A DNA stretch of 64,000 nucleotides, taken from NCBI GenBank assembly GCA_051251915.1, contig JBPOGF010000004.1:1-64000 (forward strand), in the 5' to 3' direction. Numbering within the stretch: the stretch's first letter is position 1; every line of letters starts with the position of its first letter. The position numbers and the translations under genes were made by a program. The notes beneath the pieces were generated by a model. That model saw only the letters and a list, made by a program, of their open reading frames with translations, searched no databases and had not been told where the DNA came from. This stretch comes from Akkermansiaceae bacterium. Lineage in GTDB: Bacteria; Verrucomicrobiota; Verrucomicrobiia; Verrucomicrobiales; Akkermansiaceae. Positions 38,747 through 49,695 of this stretch are shown one piece after another.

Positions 38747-40447
38747 ATGCTGGGGGAGGAATATCTAGACACTAGAAAGAGGTTAGAAGCGATCGTTGGG
38801 CAGATAAGGACTCTGTCTATGAGGGTAGATGCGTCCTCGCAAGAATTAGAAACAGATACAGTCGAAGAGTGTCTAACCAGTCCATTTAGGATTCTGGTGT
38901 GTGGTGAGAAAGAGAGTGGCAAGTCTGCTTTTCTTTCGTCTCTTGTTGGTAGTATTCTACCTGAGGTTGAAGGTGAATCTAGAGCCATCCAGATTTATGG
39001 GAGGTCGGTGCTGTCTCCTGAAAAGGAAGATGGCTCGCTGAGTTATCATAGGGTTAAAGAGATAGGCGAGCTGGAATTGATCGATACCCGCGGGATCGGT
39101 GAGCTAAGTGCTGATGAGTTGGAGCGGGTGAAGGAGTTGATGTCTACTTGTGACTATGTGCTGTGGATTATTTCTTCAGGGAATCCATGGGCATCGAAAA
39201 CTTGGGATCTGATCACAGAAACTAGAGAGCTGATAGGTAAGCGTAATGCGGTGGTTTTGCAGCAGGTGGATCTGCGTCCGCCGGAGGATATTCCTATTTT
39301 ACTTAACCATCTTCGCTCGCTTAGTGTGCAGCGGGTGGGGCATGCTTTGCCTATTCATTGTTTGTCGGCGAGTGTGGCGGCACGGGCGTGGAGTCATGAT
39401 TATAGAGATCCTAAAGACTGGAAGAGCTCTGGGTATGAGGAATTTGAGGTTACATTAGATCGACTGATTAGCACTAGTTACGAGCGTGTGGATGCGATGA
39501 AGTTAGTCTATAGTAGTGCTAAAACAGTTATTGATAGGCTTGAAGAGGCTATTCAGAATCGCGCTCGTGCGTTGCACGGTGATAAGCATGTGCTGCAAGC
39601 AGTGGAGGCTGAGGTGGAGAGGGCGAGGGAGAATGAAGTCAAAAATGCTCGTGAAAATCTTAATAAGCTTGGCAGTGTAGTGAGTGAGCAGGTGGAGAGT
39701 ACGGTGAGGTATGCGAGTAAGAAGAATGGTGTGATAGGGACTTTGGTTTCGCTTTTTACTCGAGGTGATGGAGCGGTGGCGGTGGAGAAGCGCTTGCAGG
39801 AATCGGTGAGTGATGCGGCTTCTGTTAGAGCTCGTGAGATAGCGTTCTCGATGCTTTCTAACTGCGAGGATCACTGGAACATTATGCGTCCGGAATTACA
39901 GCGTAAAATGGCGGTAAATGTGGTGGGCTTTGACTCTGGTGGATTTGAAAAGAAGGTGGATAATTTTTCTGCGAAGATGGAGCAGAGTACTCGTCATTCG
40001 ATGGTGTTATTGAAGCTTCGGAGATTGTTGGATAGAATGATGGTGGCTAGGCAACAGGTGTTGAAGCGAGGTTTGGTGATGGTTTTGGCTCTTATAAGTT
40101 TGGCGGGGATTGTGGGGTATTTAAGCGATGATTTGCGGAATAAGCTTCCGTTTTTCGTGCTTGGTGTTGCGGGAGTACTCGTGCTGTGGATGTTTTGGTA
40201 TGGGAAGAAGACTAAGGATGCGTTGATCAATGATTATGCGGATACGATTGTGGCTGCGAGGTTGCATTTGGCCGAGATGGTTCATGGGGATTATGTTGAT
40301 GAGGTGAGAGATTTCTTTACTGCTTACTTTCCGATGTTTGAAAACATTCGGCGTTATATTGTGGAGGCTGAGGCTGATCTTGAGCCTAAGCAGAAGGAGT
40401 GGCATGAGTTGTTTTTGATGTTGAAAGCGATAGAGCAGGAGATTTGA
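38747..40447 (+). CDS. dynamin-like GTPase family protein
   Basis: G1 GEKESGKS, G3 DTRG, G4-like QQVD; helical region with a paired TM hairpin near the C-terminus. Confidence 0.65.
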   Translation: MLGEEYLDTRKRLEAIVGQIRTLSMRVDASSQELETDTVEECLTSPFRILVCGEKESGKSAFLSSLVGSILPEVEGESRAIQIYGRSVLSPEKEDGSLSYHRVKEIGELELIDTRGIGELSADELERVKELMSTCDYVLWIISSGNPWASKTWDLITETRELIGKRNAVVLQQVDLRPPEDIPILLNHLRSLSVQRVGHALPIHCLSASVAARAWSHDYRDPKDWKSSGYEEFEVTLDRLISTSYERVDAMKLVYSSAKTVIDRLEEAIQNRARALHGDKHVLQAVEAEVERARENEVKNARENLNKLGSVVSEQVESTVRYASKKNGVIGTLVSLFTRGDGAVAVEKRLQESVSDAASVRAREIAFSMLSNCEDHWNIMRPELQRKMAVNVVGFDSGGFEKKVDNFSAKMEQSTRHSMVLLKLRRLLDRMMVARQQVLKRGLVMVLALISLAGIVGYLSDDLRNKLPFFVLGVAGVLVLWMFWYGKKTKDALINDYADTIVAARLHLAEMVHGDYVDEVRDFFTAYFPMFENIRRYIVEAEADLEPKQKEWHELFLMLKAIEQEI

Positions 40448-41565
40448 AAATGAGTTTAGAAAATATAGAGAAAGCGTTTTACAGGAATTTCGCCGAGTAT
40501 GGTGAACTGGGGGCTTCGCTGAGTGTTTGGAAGGATGGTGAGCGGGTTTTAAGCTTAGCGAATGGGTGGTGTGATAAAGGGCATGAGCGGGTGTGGGATG
40601 AGCGGACTCTTGTGCCGATTTATTCAGCTACTAAGGGGCCGGCGGCTTCTGTGTTGCTGATGTTGCTGGATGAAAATGGGCTAACTCCTGATGCGCGGGT
40701 TTGTCAGGTATGGGAGAATTTTCCGAATCAGCAGGCTACGTTCGGGGAGTTGATGTCTCATCAGTGTGGGTTGGCTGCGTTGGATGAGAAGGTGAGTGTT
40801 TTTGATTTTGATGGGGTTATTGAGGCGGTTGAGGGGCAGTCGCCTAATTGGGAGTTGGGGGATGGTCATGGTTATCATCCGAGGACGTTTGGTTTTCTGT
40901 TAGATAAGCCTGTTAGGTTGTTGGCAAGGAAGTCTCTTGGTGAGGTTTGGCAGGAGAGGGTGGCTGATCCGTTGGATTTGGATTTATGGATTGGGTTGCC
41001 TGAGGGTGAGCATCATCGGGTGGCTACGCTTTATCCGGGGAAGGCCGATAAGGCGGAGTTGGCGAGTGGGTTTTATAAGGAGTTTAATCAGCCGGGGACG
41101 TTGGTGAGGAGGGCGTTTGGTTCACCTCGTGGGTTGCACGGTGTGCATGAGATGAATACGGCGAAGGCTTGGGAGGCGGGGTTGCCTGCGATGGGTGGAG
41201 TGGCTACGGCGGATGCGTTGGCTAAGTTTTATCAGGCATGCATTGGGAAGGTAGATTGCTTTTCTGATGATGTTAGGGAGTGGATGGGGGATAGTCAGGT
41301 GATGGGAGATGATCTTGTGCTTATGACGCCTACGCATTTTAGCTGTGGGTTTCAGAAGGATCCGTTGGGAGTAGATGGGAAGAAGTTGAGGGGGCATTAT
41401 GGACCTTCGAGGGAGGCTTTTGGGCATCCTGGGGCTGGGGGGAGTCATGCATTTGGTGACCTTGAGAGTGGGATTTCATTTGCTTATACGATGAATCAGA
41501 TGGATCTCGCAGTTCTTCCTGGGGCGAAGAGTTTGAATATGATTGATGTTTTATACGCGTCTTAG
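40444..41565 (+). CDS. serine hydrolase, beta-lactamase/family VIII esterase-like
   Basis: SATK (SxxK), 'LMSHQCGL', 'GYH', 'FGHPGAGGS'. Confidence 0.9.
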   Translation: MKMSLENIEKAFYRNFAEYGELGASLSVWKDGERVLSLANGWCDKGHERVWDERTLVPIYSATKGPAASVLLMLLDENGLTPDARVCQVWENFPNQQATFGELMSHQCGLAALDEKVSVFDFDGVIEAVEGQSPNWELGDGHGYHPRTFGFLLDKPVRLLARKSLGEVWQERVADPLDLDLWIGLPEGEHHRVATLYPGKADKAELASGFYKEFNQPGTLVRRAFGSPRGLHGVHEMNTAKAWEAGLPAMGGVATADALAKFYQACIGKVDCFSDDVREWMGDSQVMGDDLVLMTPTHFSCGFQKDPLGVDGKKLRGHYGPSREAFGHPGAGGSHAFGDLESGISFAYTMNQMDLAVLPGAKSLNMIDVLYAS

Positions 41566-42546
41566 GAGTTGATCCATTTTGGTGAATGTTTCTGGGGTGA
41601 AGCCCATGTTGCGTTTGAGTTGGTAGTCTCGTTCGATGATGTTTTTGATTTTTCCTGCGCTGCGGTAATCTGACCATGAGAGTTGTCCTGTGAGCATGGG
41701 GCCGAGGCCGGATACTGGGACTGGGTAGTCACTACCGTGGATGATACGGTTCTGGATGGATGCGGGGAGGATGTGTTTTAGGGTGCGTGCTCGATTGATG
41801 CTGCTGAGGGCGCTGTTGTCGCCGTATAGATTGGGGTAGCGTTTGAATAAGTCCAATAAATCATCTATCCAACAACTGTCAAAAATAGCACTGCGACCGG
41901 CTGAATGGGCGGCGATGGTGGTGACTCCGCAGTCTAACAAAATTTCTAATCTTTTGGGGTCGCCGTAGATGGGGTCGTAGACTTTTACGGTCATTTCTCC
42001 GCCGGTGTGGGTGAGGAGGATGATGCCGGCTTCTGCCATGCGTTCCCAGAAGGGAATGTATTTCTTGTCTAGGTAGTCGATGTTGAGGCAGTTTGGGAGG
42101 AGTTTTAGGACGGGCATTTTTGCCTCGATGCATTTTTCTAGTTCGTCCATGGCGTCTGGGCGGCCGGGATGGATGGAGCAGGCGGGGATGAATTCTGGGT
42201 GTTTTTTTGCAAGGTCAGCGACGTATTCGTTAGGGACGTAAAATTGTGCTTCATCTGACATTTTCTCGCCGGTATGGGAGTAGGGTATGTCTTGAGCGAG
42301 GATGACGGCGGCGTCGAGTTGGCTTTCTCTAATATTTTCTAGGAGGTTGTTGACGTAGAGTTCATCTAGGCCTGTTTTTAGTGCTGATGTGGGGAGGCCT
42401 AGGCCTTTGATCATCATTCGGCCTAGAAATTTTTTCCAGAGGGAGGGGAGGTTGAACCAGCAATCACTTCCGGATGAGCCGTCGCCGACGATGTGGACGT
42501 GACAGTCGATTTTTCTGAGGGGGGAGGATGAGTTATTAGTGGTCAT
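41551..42546 (-). CDS. amidohydrolase family protein
   Basis: 'IDCHVH', 'HTGGE', 'AAH', 'HGSDYP'; ATG 42546 chosen to avoid overlap with the divergent gene. Confidence 0.88.
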   Translation of the reverse strand: MTTNNSSSPLRKIDCHVHIVGDGSSGSDCWFNLPSLWKKFLGRMMIKGLGLPTSALKTGLDELYVNNLLENIRESQLDAAVILAQDIPYSHTGEKMSDEAQFYVPNEYVADLAKKHPEFIPACSIHPGRPDAMDELEKCIEAKMPVLKLLPNCLNIDYLDKKYIPFWERMAEAGIILLTHTGGEMTVKVYDPIYGDPKRLEILLDCGVTTIAAHSAGRSAIFDSCWIDDLLDLFKRYPNLYGDNSALSSINRARTLKHILPASIQNRIIHGSDYPVPVSGLGPMLTGQLSWSDYRSAGKIKNIIERDYQLKRNMGFTPETFTKMDQLLRRV

Positions 42547-42577
42547 ATGGGTGAAATTTGTCTTTATTAAGTTAAGC

Positions 42578-43297
42578 ATGAGTGAAGAACTTAATCCATA
42601 CGAAACTCCGAAAGCTGTAAGTGTGGCAGAAACACAAGAATCTAATATTGTGCCTGCTACTGGCTACGTGATGCTGAATACTCGAGTAGTGGGTATGTGC
42701 TGTAAGGTTCTGCTGGTCGCGTTTTGTGCGCTGTGTGTGCTGCTTGCGAGTTGGAATTTTAAGTTAGCAGCGGAGTATGATTTGACTGATGAGTTTGGAG
42801 GGTTTGGTTTTTTCAGTTTTGATCAGATGGTTCTCATTGAAGAAGGCTATATTTTTCTGTTTTTGGGATCGGCAATAGCGGTGGCTATTTGGAAATTTAG
42901 ATCGATGAAAAATGCTTGGGCGATGATGAGGTCAGGGATGAGGCCGACGGTGTCTCCCGGCTGGGCGGTAGGGTGGTATTTTATCCCTATAGCGATGTTC
43001 TGGAAACCGTTTACTGCTATGTCTGAGATTAATGTAAACTCATCGAGGAGGCCTAAGAGGTTGAGGCCCTGGTTGGGGTTTTGGTGGTTTTTTTGGGTTA
43101 TTGCATTCTTGATGCGGAATGCTGGTGGCGGTGAAGATGGCTATTATGATGCTGGTGATCTTAAGGTTTCGGCAACAAGGTTATTGCTTATAGGGGCCGC
43201 GGGGGGATGTTTGTTGAAGATCATTACTTACATCACGGAAAGGCAGATGAAGGAGTTGGACTCACGTAAATTTAAAAACAAAAAAGAGGGTTTATAG
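42578..43297 (+). CDS. DUF4328 domain membrane protein
   Basis: 'NPYETP' N-terminus; 'SPGWAVGWYFIPI..FWKPF.AM.EI', 'WW.FW'. Confidence 0.75.
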   Translation: MSEELNPYETPKAVSVAETQESNIVPATGYVMLNTRVVGMCCKVLLVAFCALCVLLASWNFKLAAEYDLTDEFGGFGFFSFDQMVLIEEGYIFLFLGSAIAVAIWKFRSMKNAWAMMRSGMRPTVSPGWAVGWYFIPIAMFWKPFTAMSEINVNSSRRPKRLRPWLGFWWFFWVIAFLMRNAGGGEDGYYDAGDLKVSATRLLLIGAAGGCLLKIITYITERQMKELDSRKFKNKKEGL

Positions 43298-43320
43298 GTC
43301 TGGGATGACCTATAAACCCT
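43287..43320 (-). terminator. intrinsic terminator of leuS (likely bidirectional)
   Basis: Perfect 14-bp inverted repeat AGGGTTTATAGGTC/GACCTATAAACCCT with an adjacent A-tract (U-tract on the minus strand). Confidence 0.8.
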
Positions 43321-43344
43321 GTGAAGGTGTTGTGGGCTATTCGT

Positions 43345-46065
43345 TTAGTTTGCTACGATGTTTACTAGCTTGCCTGGGATGACGATTACTTTTCGGACGG
43401 TGTTGCCGGTTGTGTATTGTTTGACGTTTTCGTCTGCTAGGGCGAGGGCTTCCATGTCTTCTTTGGAGATGTCTTTGGCTACTGTGAGTTTTGCTCTTAG
43501 CTTGCCGTTTACTTGGATGACGACGGTGACTTCTGATTCGATGAGGAATTCTTCGTTGAATGACGGCCATGCTCGGTCACTGAGGATTCTGCCGGCTGAG
43601 CATTTTGCTGATGGGCAGGCTTCTCCTAGGTGTTGGTGGATTTCCTCGGTGATGTGTGGGGCGAATGGGTTGAGGCATTTTAGGAAGTCACGTAGGAGGA
43701 TGGCAGGGATTTTGTCTGCTTTGGTGAAGGCGTTAGTGCAGATCATCATTTGTGAGATAGCTGTGTTGAAGCTCATTTTCTCGATGTCTTCGCTTACCTT
43801 TTTGATGGTCTCGTGGGTGACTTTGAGGAGTGATTTGTCGGTTGGTTCGTCGTTGGTGATCTTGTCTGAGATGACCCAGACGCCGTCTTCTAGCTGGGTC
43901 ATGGCGACGCGCCAGACTTTAGCGAGGAAGCGGGATACGCCTTCTACGCCTTTCATTTGCCATGGCTTGACCTGGGTGAGTGGGCCCATGAACATTTCGT
44001 AGAGGCGGAGTGCGTCTGCGCCGTATTGTTCTACGACTGTGTCTGGGTTGACTACGTTATTGAACGATTTCCCCATTTTACGATTGATGGGTTCTAGGAT
44101 TATCCCAGTCTCCTTTTCTGACACTTGCTTATCATCAATGATTAGATTTTCTTCTTCAACTTTATGACCTTTATATTCTCTGTCAGTTCTACGGTCCTTA
44201 GCTGATACAACGTTATTATTTTCATCAGTATAATAGAAGTATTCGGTTTCGCCTAGGATGAGGCCTTGGTTGACGAGTTTTTTGAATGGCTCGTTGGTGG
44301 TGAGGTGTCCGAGGTCGAACATTACTTTGTGCCAGAAGCGGGCGTAGAGGAGGTGGAGGACGGCGTGTTCTGTACCGCCTACGTAGAGGTCTACGGTGGC
44401 GTCATCGCTGCTCCAGTATTGTTCTGCTTCTTTGGAGATGAAGCGGTCAGAGTTTTTAGGGTCGCAGTAGCGGAGGTAGTACCAGCATGAGCCTGCCCAT
44501 TGGGGCATGGTGTTGGTTTCGCGTTCTGCGGTTTCGCTGTATTTGATCCAGTCTGTGGCTTTGACGAGTGGTCCGCGTGGGTCGCCAGTGGGCTTGAAGT
44601 CTTCTAGGTCTGGTTGGAGGAGTGGTAGCTCGCTTTCTGGGATGGTTGAGTGTTGGCCGTTTTCCCAGATGATGGGGAATGGTTCGCCCCAGTAGCGCTG
44701 GCGTGAGAAGAGCCAGTCGCGGAGTTTGAAGTTGGTTTGTGGTTTTCCTTTGTTGTTGTCGATGAGCCATTTGATCATGGCGCGTTTGGCGTCTTTGGTT
44801 TTCATGCCGTCGAGGTGGCCTGAATTGATGGCTTTGCCGTTTCCGGTGTAGCCTTGCCAATTGGTTTTCTCATCGTTTGGCTGGACTACTTGGAGGATGG
44901 GTAGGTCGAATTTCTGGGCGAATTCGAAGTCACGTTCATCATGACCAGGGACGGCCATGATGGCTCCGGTTCCGTATCCCATCATGACGTAGTCAGCGAT
45001 CCATACTGGGATTTGCTCTCCGTTTACTGGGTTGGTGGCGAATGCTCCTGTGAAGATGCCGGTTTTGTCTTTGTTCATCTCGCCGCGCTCCATGTCTGAC
45101 TTGGTGGCGCAGGTTTTGATGTAGGCTTGGACGGCTTCTTTTTGTTCTGAGCTAGTGATGTCTGACACTAGTGCGTGCTCGGGTGCTAGCACCATGTATG
45201 TTGCGCCGAAGAGGGTGTCTGGGCGGGTTGTAAACACGGTGATTTCGTTTCCTTGGATATCAAAACTTACCTCTGCGCCGATGGATTTTCCGATCCAGTT
45301 GGTTTGAAGGAGTTTGATGGATTCTGGCCAGTCGAGTGGGCCTAGGTCATCGATGAGGCGTTGTGAGTATTTGGTGATGCGGAGCATCCATTGTTTGAGT
45401 GGGCGGCGCTCTACTGTGTGGCCTTTGGCTTTCCATTCTTCGACTTCTTCGTTGGCGAGGACGGTGCCTAGGTCTGGTGACCAGTTGACGGGTGCTTCAG
45501 AGATGAAGGCGAGGCGCTCTTCTTCCATTTGCTCGCGGGTGTAGCCTTTTGCTTCGAGTTCGGAGATGGGTTTGGCTTTTTGGTCTTGTTCGCAGAAGTA
45601 TGAGTTGTAGAGCTGGATGAAGATCCACTGGGTCCACTTCATGTATTCTGGGTCAGTGGTGTTGATTTCTCTGTCCCAGTCGTAGCCGAATCCGAGGGAT
45701 TTTAGTTGGCGGCGGAAGTTGTCTAGATTTTGTTCGGTGGTGACGCGTGGGTGCTGGCCGGTTTTGATGGCGTATTGCTCAGCGGGGAGTCCGAAGGCGT
45801 CCCAGCCCATGGGGTGGAGGACGTTGTGGCCGTTCATGCGCTTGTAGCGGCCGAGGATATCTGTGGCTGTGTAGCCTTCTGGGTGACCTACGTGGAGGCC
45901 TGCTCCGGATGGGTAGGGGAACATGTCTAGGACGAAGTACTTTGGTTTTGAAGCGTCAAAGTCAGGTTCTCCTGGGTTGGCTACTGAGAAGGTTTTGTTG
46001 TCTTCCCAGTGTGCTTGCCACTTAGGTTCAAAGGTGTCGAATGGAAAAGCTGGTGTAGGTTTCAT
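43345..46065 (-). CDS. leuS: leucine--tRNA ligase
   Basis: '[14 protein letters not shown]', 'FTTRPDT', '[13 protein letters not shown]', 'SRQRYWG', KMGKS, 'QVNGKLR'. Confidence 0.98.
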   Translation of the reverse strand: MKPTPAFPFDTFEPKWQAHWEDNKTFSVANPGEPDFDASKPKYFVLDMFPYPSGAGLHVGHPEGYTATDILGRYKRMNGHNVLHPMGWDAFGLPAEQYAIKTGQHPRVTTEQNLDNFRRQLKSLGFGYDWDREINTTDPEYMKWTQWIFIQLYNSYFCEQDQKAKPISELEAKGYTREQMEEERLAFISEAPVNWSPDLGTVLANEEVEEWKAKGHTVERRPLKQWMLRITKYSQRLIDDLGPLDWPESIKLLQTNWIGKSIGAEVSFDIQGNEITVFTTRPDTLFGATYMVLAPEHALVSDITSSEQKEAVQAYIKTCATKSDMERGEMNKDKTGIFTGAFATNPVNGEQIPVWIADYVMMGYGTGAIMAVPGHDERDFEFAQKFDLPILQVVQPNDEKTNWQGYTGNGKAINSGHLDGMKTKDAKRAMIKWLIDNNKGKPQTNFKLRDWLFSRQRYWGEPFPIIWENGQHSTIPESELPLLQPDLEDFKPTGDPRGPLVKATDWIKYSETAERETNTMPQWAGSCWYYLRYCDPKNSDRFISKEAEQYWSSDDATVDLYVGGTEHAVLHLLYARFWHKVMFDLGHLTTNEPFKKLVNQGLILGETEYFYYTDENNNVVSAKDRRTDREYKGHKVEEENLIIDDKQVSEKETGIILEPINRKMGKSFNNVVNPDTVVEQYGADALRLYEMFMGPLTQVKPWQMKGVEGVSRFLAKVWRVAMTQLEDGVWVISDKITNDEPTDKSLLKVTHETIKKVSEDIEKMSFNTAISQMMICTNAFTKADKIPAILLRDFLKCLNPFAPHITEEIHQHLGEACPSAKCSAGRILSDRAWPSFNEEFLIESEVTVVIQVNGKLRAKLTVAKDISKEDMEALALADENVKQYTTGNTVRKVIVIPGKLVNIVAN

Positions 46066-46176
46066 AGTAAAATTTTTCGGGACTGTAGTGAATGTTTAGA
46101 GAATGAAAAGAAAAACCCATAGCTTGTTTGACCAAACTAAGGGTGAAAGAATTTTCGGGGTGTTTGGTGTTGGTGA

Positions 46177-47106
46177 TTATTTGAAATGTGCTCGGCTACC
46201 TAGTCCTGCGAGTGCGCTGCCGGCTGGTCTGGCTTGCTGAAAGTGGAGAGCGGCCATGAAGTTGAGGCCTTTGGTGATCTGGGAGAGCCAGATGATCTGC
46301 CCGATGATGGGGATGAGGAGTAGGCAGATGAATGCGCCCATGGTTAGCTTGGGTGCGTTCTTGGTGTTAGGGTAGCATGAAGTGATGAGGTTCCATTGTT
46401 TTGGTAGTCCGCCAATGGCTTTGAAGAGCCAGTAGATGTTGAAAATGGGGATGAATAGGAATCCAATGGCTGCACCTGGTGAGATGGTGGCGCCTCCTGG
46501 CTGGAGGCATTTCCATGCTTTGTAGAGGTAGATGTAGGTGAGGATTCCGGAGAAGAAGATGCATGCGAAACCAGCGACCATTAAGCCGAGACCTAGGAAG
46601 CCTTCGATTTTTGCGCCGAGGAGAAACCCTAGCAAGATGAGTAGTAGTCCGCCGGTGAATAACATGGTCCAGAGGCTCATGCTGCCACCTTTGGTGATGG
46701 TGGCGGGATAGATGCCGGGGTTTAGTTGTTCTGGGTTGGCGGTTGGGCTTTGGTAGGGGTTGGCAGCTGCAGGTTGCTGTGCTGCTGCGTAGGAGGCTGG
46801 TACTGGGACGCCGGTCACTGCTTGAGTGGTCGGGGTGCTGGGGATCATTGGTACGGTGTCAGCTTGTCTCGGGGTGACGGCTACAGGGGCTGATGTTCTT
46901 AGGGCCGGGGCTTGGGTCGCTGTTTGCGTAGGGAACAGGCCTTCTATGTTTGAGGCGGGTATCCACTGTTCTCCGAGGGTTTCTGTCCACATTTGTGTGT
47001 CCTCGGTGATGCTTCCATTTGCTGTGAGGCTCTGGAGTTGGTGGGTGGTGATAGGGCCTTGCTGGGTCCCTGCTCCATCGATGAAATACCAAGTTTGTTC
47101 GCTCAT
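46177..47106 (-). CDS. GYF_2 (DUF4339) domain membrane protein
   Basis: 'WYFID..GTQQGP...L..L..NGSITEDTQMWTE...W'; C-terminal TM domain with 'PGAAIGFLFIPIFN'. Confidence 0.8.
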   Translation of the reverse strand: MSEQTWYFIDGAGTQQGPITTHQLQSLTANGSITEDTQMWTETLGEQWIPASNIEGLFPTQTATQAPALRTSAPVAVTPRQADTVPMIPSTPTTQAVTGVPVPASYAAAQQPAAANPYQSPTANPEQLNPGIYPATITKGGSMSLWTMLFTGGLLLILLGFLLGAKIEGFLGLGLMVAGFACIFFSGILTYIYLYKAWKCLQPGGATISPGAAIGFLFIPIFNIYWLFKAIGGLPKQWNLITSCYPNTKNAPKLTMGAFICLLLIPIIGQIIWLSQITKGLNFMAALHFQQARPAGSALAGLGSRAHFK

Positions 47107-47129
47107 GTTACTGTGATTTACGTTCTCTT

Positions 47130-48479
47130 TTAGAGTTCTCTCCAGCGTTTGATTTGTGCTTTTACGTTTTCGATGCTCGGAGCGCCTGGGTTAGTTCTGG
47201 CGGCGAGAGCGGTCTGGAGGTTGAAGACGTCTTTGGCGTCTGCTCCGTAATGGTCTGAGATTTTAGTTAGGTCGATTTTGTCGAGCGGTGTGGATGTTTC
47301 TACTGCTACAGCTACGGCTTTTCCTACGAGTTCGTGCGCGCTGCGGAATGGGACACCGTTTTTGACGAGGTAGTCTGCTAGGTCTGTGGCTAGGAGGAGG
47401 GGGTCGCTGGCGGCGGCTTCGCATGTTTCGACGTTGATGACCATGTCTGCGATCATTTCTGTGTTCACGCTGAGGGCGAGGATGAGGGTGTCGATAGAGT
47501 CAAAGAGTGGCTCCTTGTCTTCCTGTAGGTCGCGGTTGTAGGTGAGAGGGAGTCCTTTCGCTGAGGTGAGTAGTGAAACGAGATTTCCATAGAGTCTGCC
47601 TGTTTTGCCTCGGGTGATCTCGCAGACGTCTGGGTTTTTCTTCTGGGGCATGAGTGATGAGCCGGTGGTGTGTGCGTCACTGAGGGTAGCAAATCCGAAC
47701 TCGCTTGAGCACCAAAGGATGAGGTCTTCTGAGAGGCGTGAGAGGTGGGTGCCGACTAGTGCGAAATCGAAGAGTAGCTCCATGATGTAGTCGCGATCTG
47801 AGATGGCGTCCATGGAGTTGGTGGTGATGGAGTCGAAGCCTAGCTCGGCGGCGATTTGTTCGCGGTCGAGGTTGATGGTGGAGCCGGCGAGTGCGCCGGA
47901 GCCTAGAGGGGAGACGTTGACGCGTTTTTTGGCATCATTGAGGCGATCTAGATCACGTGCGATCATTTCTACGTATGCTAAAAGATGGTGGCCGACGGTA
48001 ACTGGTTGGCCGCGTTGGAGGTGGGTGTAGCCTGGGATGACTGCGGCTGCGTATTGATCAGCTTTATTTAGTAGTGATGTTTTAAGCGCGTTGAGGTGAT
48101 CTGAAATCACGCCTATCTGTTCACGGCAATAAAGTCTGGTGTCTGTGGCTACTTGATCATTTCTTGAGCGAGCAGTGTGGAGTTTTCCTCCTGCCGCGCC
48201 GATGCGCTTGGTGAGCTCTGACTCGATGTTCATGTGGATGTCTTCGAGTTCTATTGAGAAGTCGAAGTTTCCAGCGTCGATGTCCTTTTCTATTTCACGG
48301 AGGCCGGTTTCTATTTGTTGGAACTCGTCTTCGGTTAGGAGTTGGGCCTTCACTTGGGCGCGCGCGTGTGCGATCGAGCCTGCGATGTCGTGTTTATATA
48401 ATCTCCAATCATAGGAGATGGACTCTCCGTATTTCTGAACTAAGTCTGCTGTTGCTTGAGCGAATCTACCTTTCCACAT
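47130..48479 (-). CDS. argH: argininosuccinate lyase
   Basis: 'MWKGRF', 'EDIH', 'RSRNDQ', 'PGYTHLQ', 'GSSLMPQKKNPD', 'YNRDLQEDKE'. Confidence 0.97.
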   Translation of the reverse strand: MWKGRFAQATADLVQKYGESISYDWRLYKHDIAGSIAHARAQVKAQLLTEDEFQQIETGLREIEKDIDAGNFDFSIELEDIHMNIESELTKRIGAAGGKLHTARSRNDQVATDTRLYCREQIGVISDHLNALKTSLLNKADQYAAAVIPGYTHLQRGQPVTVGHHLLAYVEMIARDLDRLNDAKKRVNVSPLGSGALAGSTINLDREQIAAELGFDSITTNSMDAISDRDYIMELLFDFALVGTHLSRLSEDLILWCSSEFGFATLSDAHTTGSSLMPQKKNPDVCEITRGKTGRLYGNLVSLLTSAKGLPLTYNRDLQEDKEPLFDSIDTLILALSVNTEMIADMVINVETCEAAASDPLLLATDLADYLVKNGVPFRSAHELVGKAVAVAVETSTPLDKIDLTKISDHYGADAKDVFNLQTALAARTNPGAPSIENVKAQIKRWREL

Positions 48480-48728
48480 GGGGGGATTCATACGCGTGTA
48501 ACGCAAGTGATGCACGCTTTTTTTTAATTGCTCGGATATGAGTTTGGAAATCGGTCATATAGTTTAGGGTTCTGAAATAAAATAGAATGGCTGATAATAT
48601 TGTTAGGTGTTGATTTTGAGTGTTTAGCAAGACTTTGTGAAAAATTTCACAAATAGACTTGATCGAAATGGCTGTAGTGGTTATTGACCTTTTGTCCTCA
48701 GAGGACAATACACGCAAATTACACCGAA

Positions 48729-49592
48729 ATGAGCAAGATCTTCACAACCCTATCATTACTCTTTATATCAGCGGGCTACGCAGCGGCAGCTGGAGCGCAT
48801 CAGTTGACACCACATTCGAACGTGATCTTTGGTGACAGAGATGGCTTTGCTGTGACTAACTCCATGATTATGGTGTGGATAGCTACGGCGATCATTGTTC
48901 TGTTCTGTCAGGCGGCTACTAAAAAGATGAGTATGGTGCCTGCTGGGTTCCAGAATTTTGCTGAGTGGTTGATTGAATCACTTTATAATTTCTTTGGTGG
49001 TATCCTCGGTGATCATCTTGTGAAGAGAACGTTCTGGTTTTTCGGTGGAACATTCCTTCTTATTCTTATTACTAACTGGCTTGGTCTTGTTCCTGGAGTT
49101 GGAACAATTGGTATCGGTCATGACGGTCACATGGAGCATGGTTTGCTACGTGGTGGTAACGCAGATCTTAATATGACTGCTGCGATGTCAGTGGTTTTCG
49201 CGATCCTTTGGTTCTACTGGGCGTTCTCTGAGAATGGCACAAAGGGGTTCCTTGCTCACATCTTCGCACCTAAGGGTAAGTTTTCTGGAGCTATGCAGAT
49301 CGGTATGATTGTTATCTTCTTCTTGGTAGGTATTCTAGAGATCGTTTCTATCTTTATTCGACCTGTGGCACTTAGTTTCCGACTTTATGGTAACGTGTTC
49401 GGTGGTGAGCAAACTCTTGAGTCATTGATGGCTCTTGGAGGTAAGTATTTCGCTTTCGCTCCGGCGCTTCCATTCATGTTCATTGAGATTCTAGTGGGGC
49501 TTGTGCAGGCGCTCGTGTTCACACTTCTTAGTGCGGTGTTCCTTAAGCTCATCTGTGATCACGGAGATCATGATGAAGAGCATGCTCACTAA
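48729..49592 (+). CDS. atpB: F0F1 ATP synthase subunit a
   Basis: 'LSFRLYGN', 'LVQALVFTLL'; ATG 48729 preferred. Confidence 0.95.
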   Translation: MSKIFTTLSLLFISAGYAAAAGAHQLTPHSNVIFGDRDGFAVTNSMIMVWIATAIIVLFCQAATKKMSMVPAGFQNFAEWLIESLYNFFGGILGDHLVKRTFWFFGGTFLLILITNWLGLVPGVGTIGIGHDGHMEHGLLRGGNADLNMTAAMSVVFAILWFYWAFSENGTKGFLAHIFAPKGKFSGAMQIGMIVIFFLVGILEIVSIFIRPVALSFRLYGNVFGGEQTLESLMALGGKYFAFAPALPFMFIEILVGLVQALVFTLLSAVFLKLICDHGDHDEEHAH

Positions 49593-49695
49593 TTCATAAT
49601 AAATTTTATACACTTTCGAGAGTCAGACCATAGCGAAGACGGTGGGGGCAATCGGACATAACAACAAAATAACTAACAACTAATTAAATAAGAAA

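Noticed and set aside
43358..44002. 214-aa antisense ORF in leuS (and the many similar shadow ORFs in the track)
   Set aside because: Fully antisense or out of frame to well-supported genes, with no motifs; expected from codon bias.
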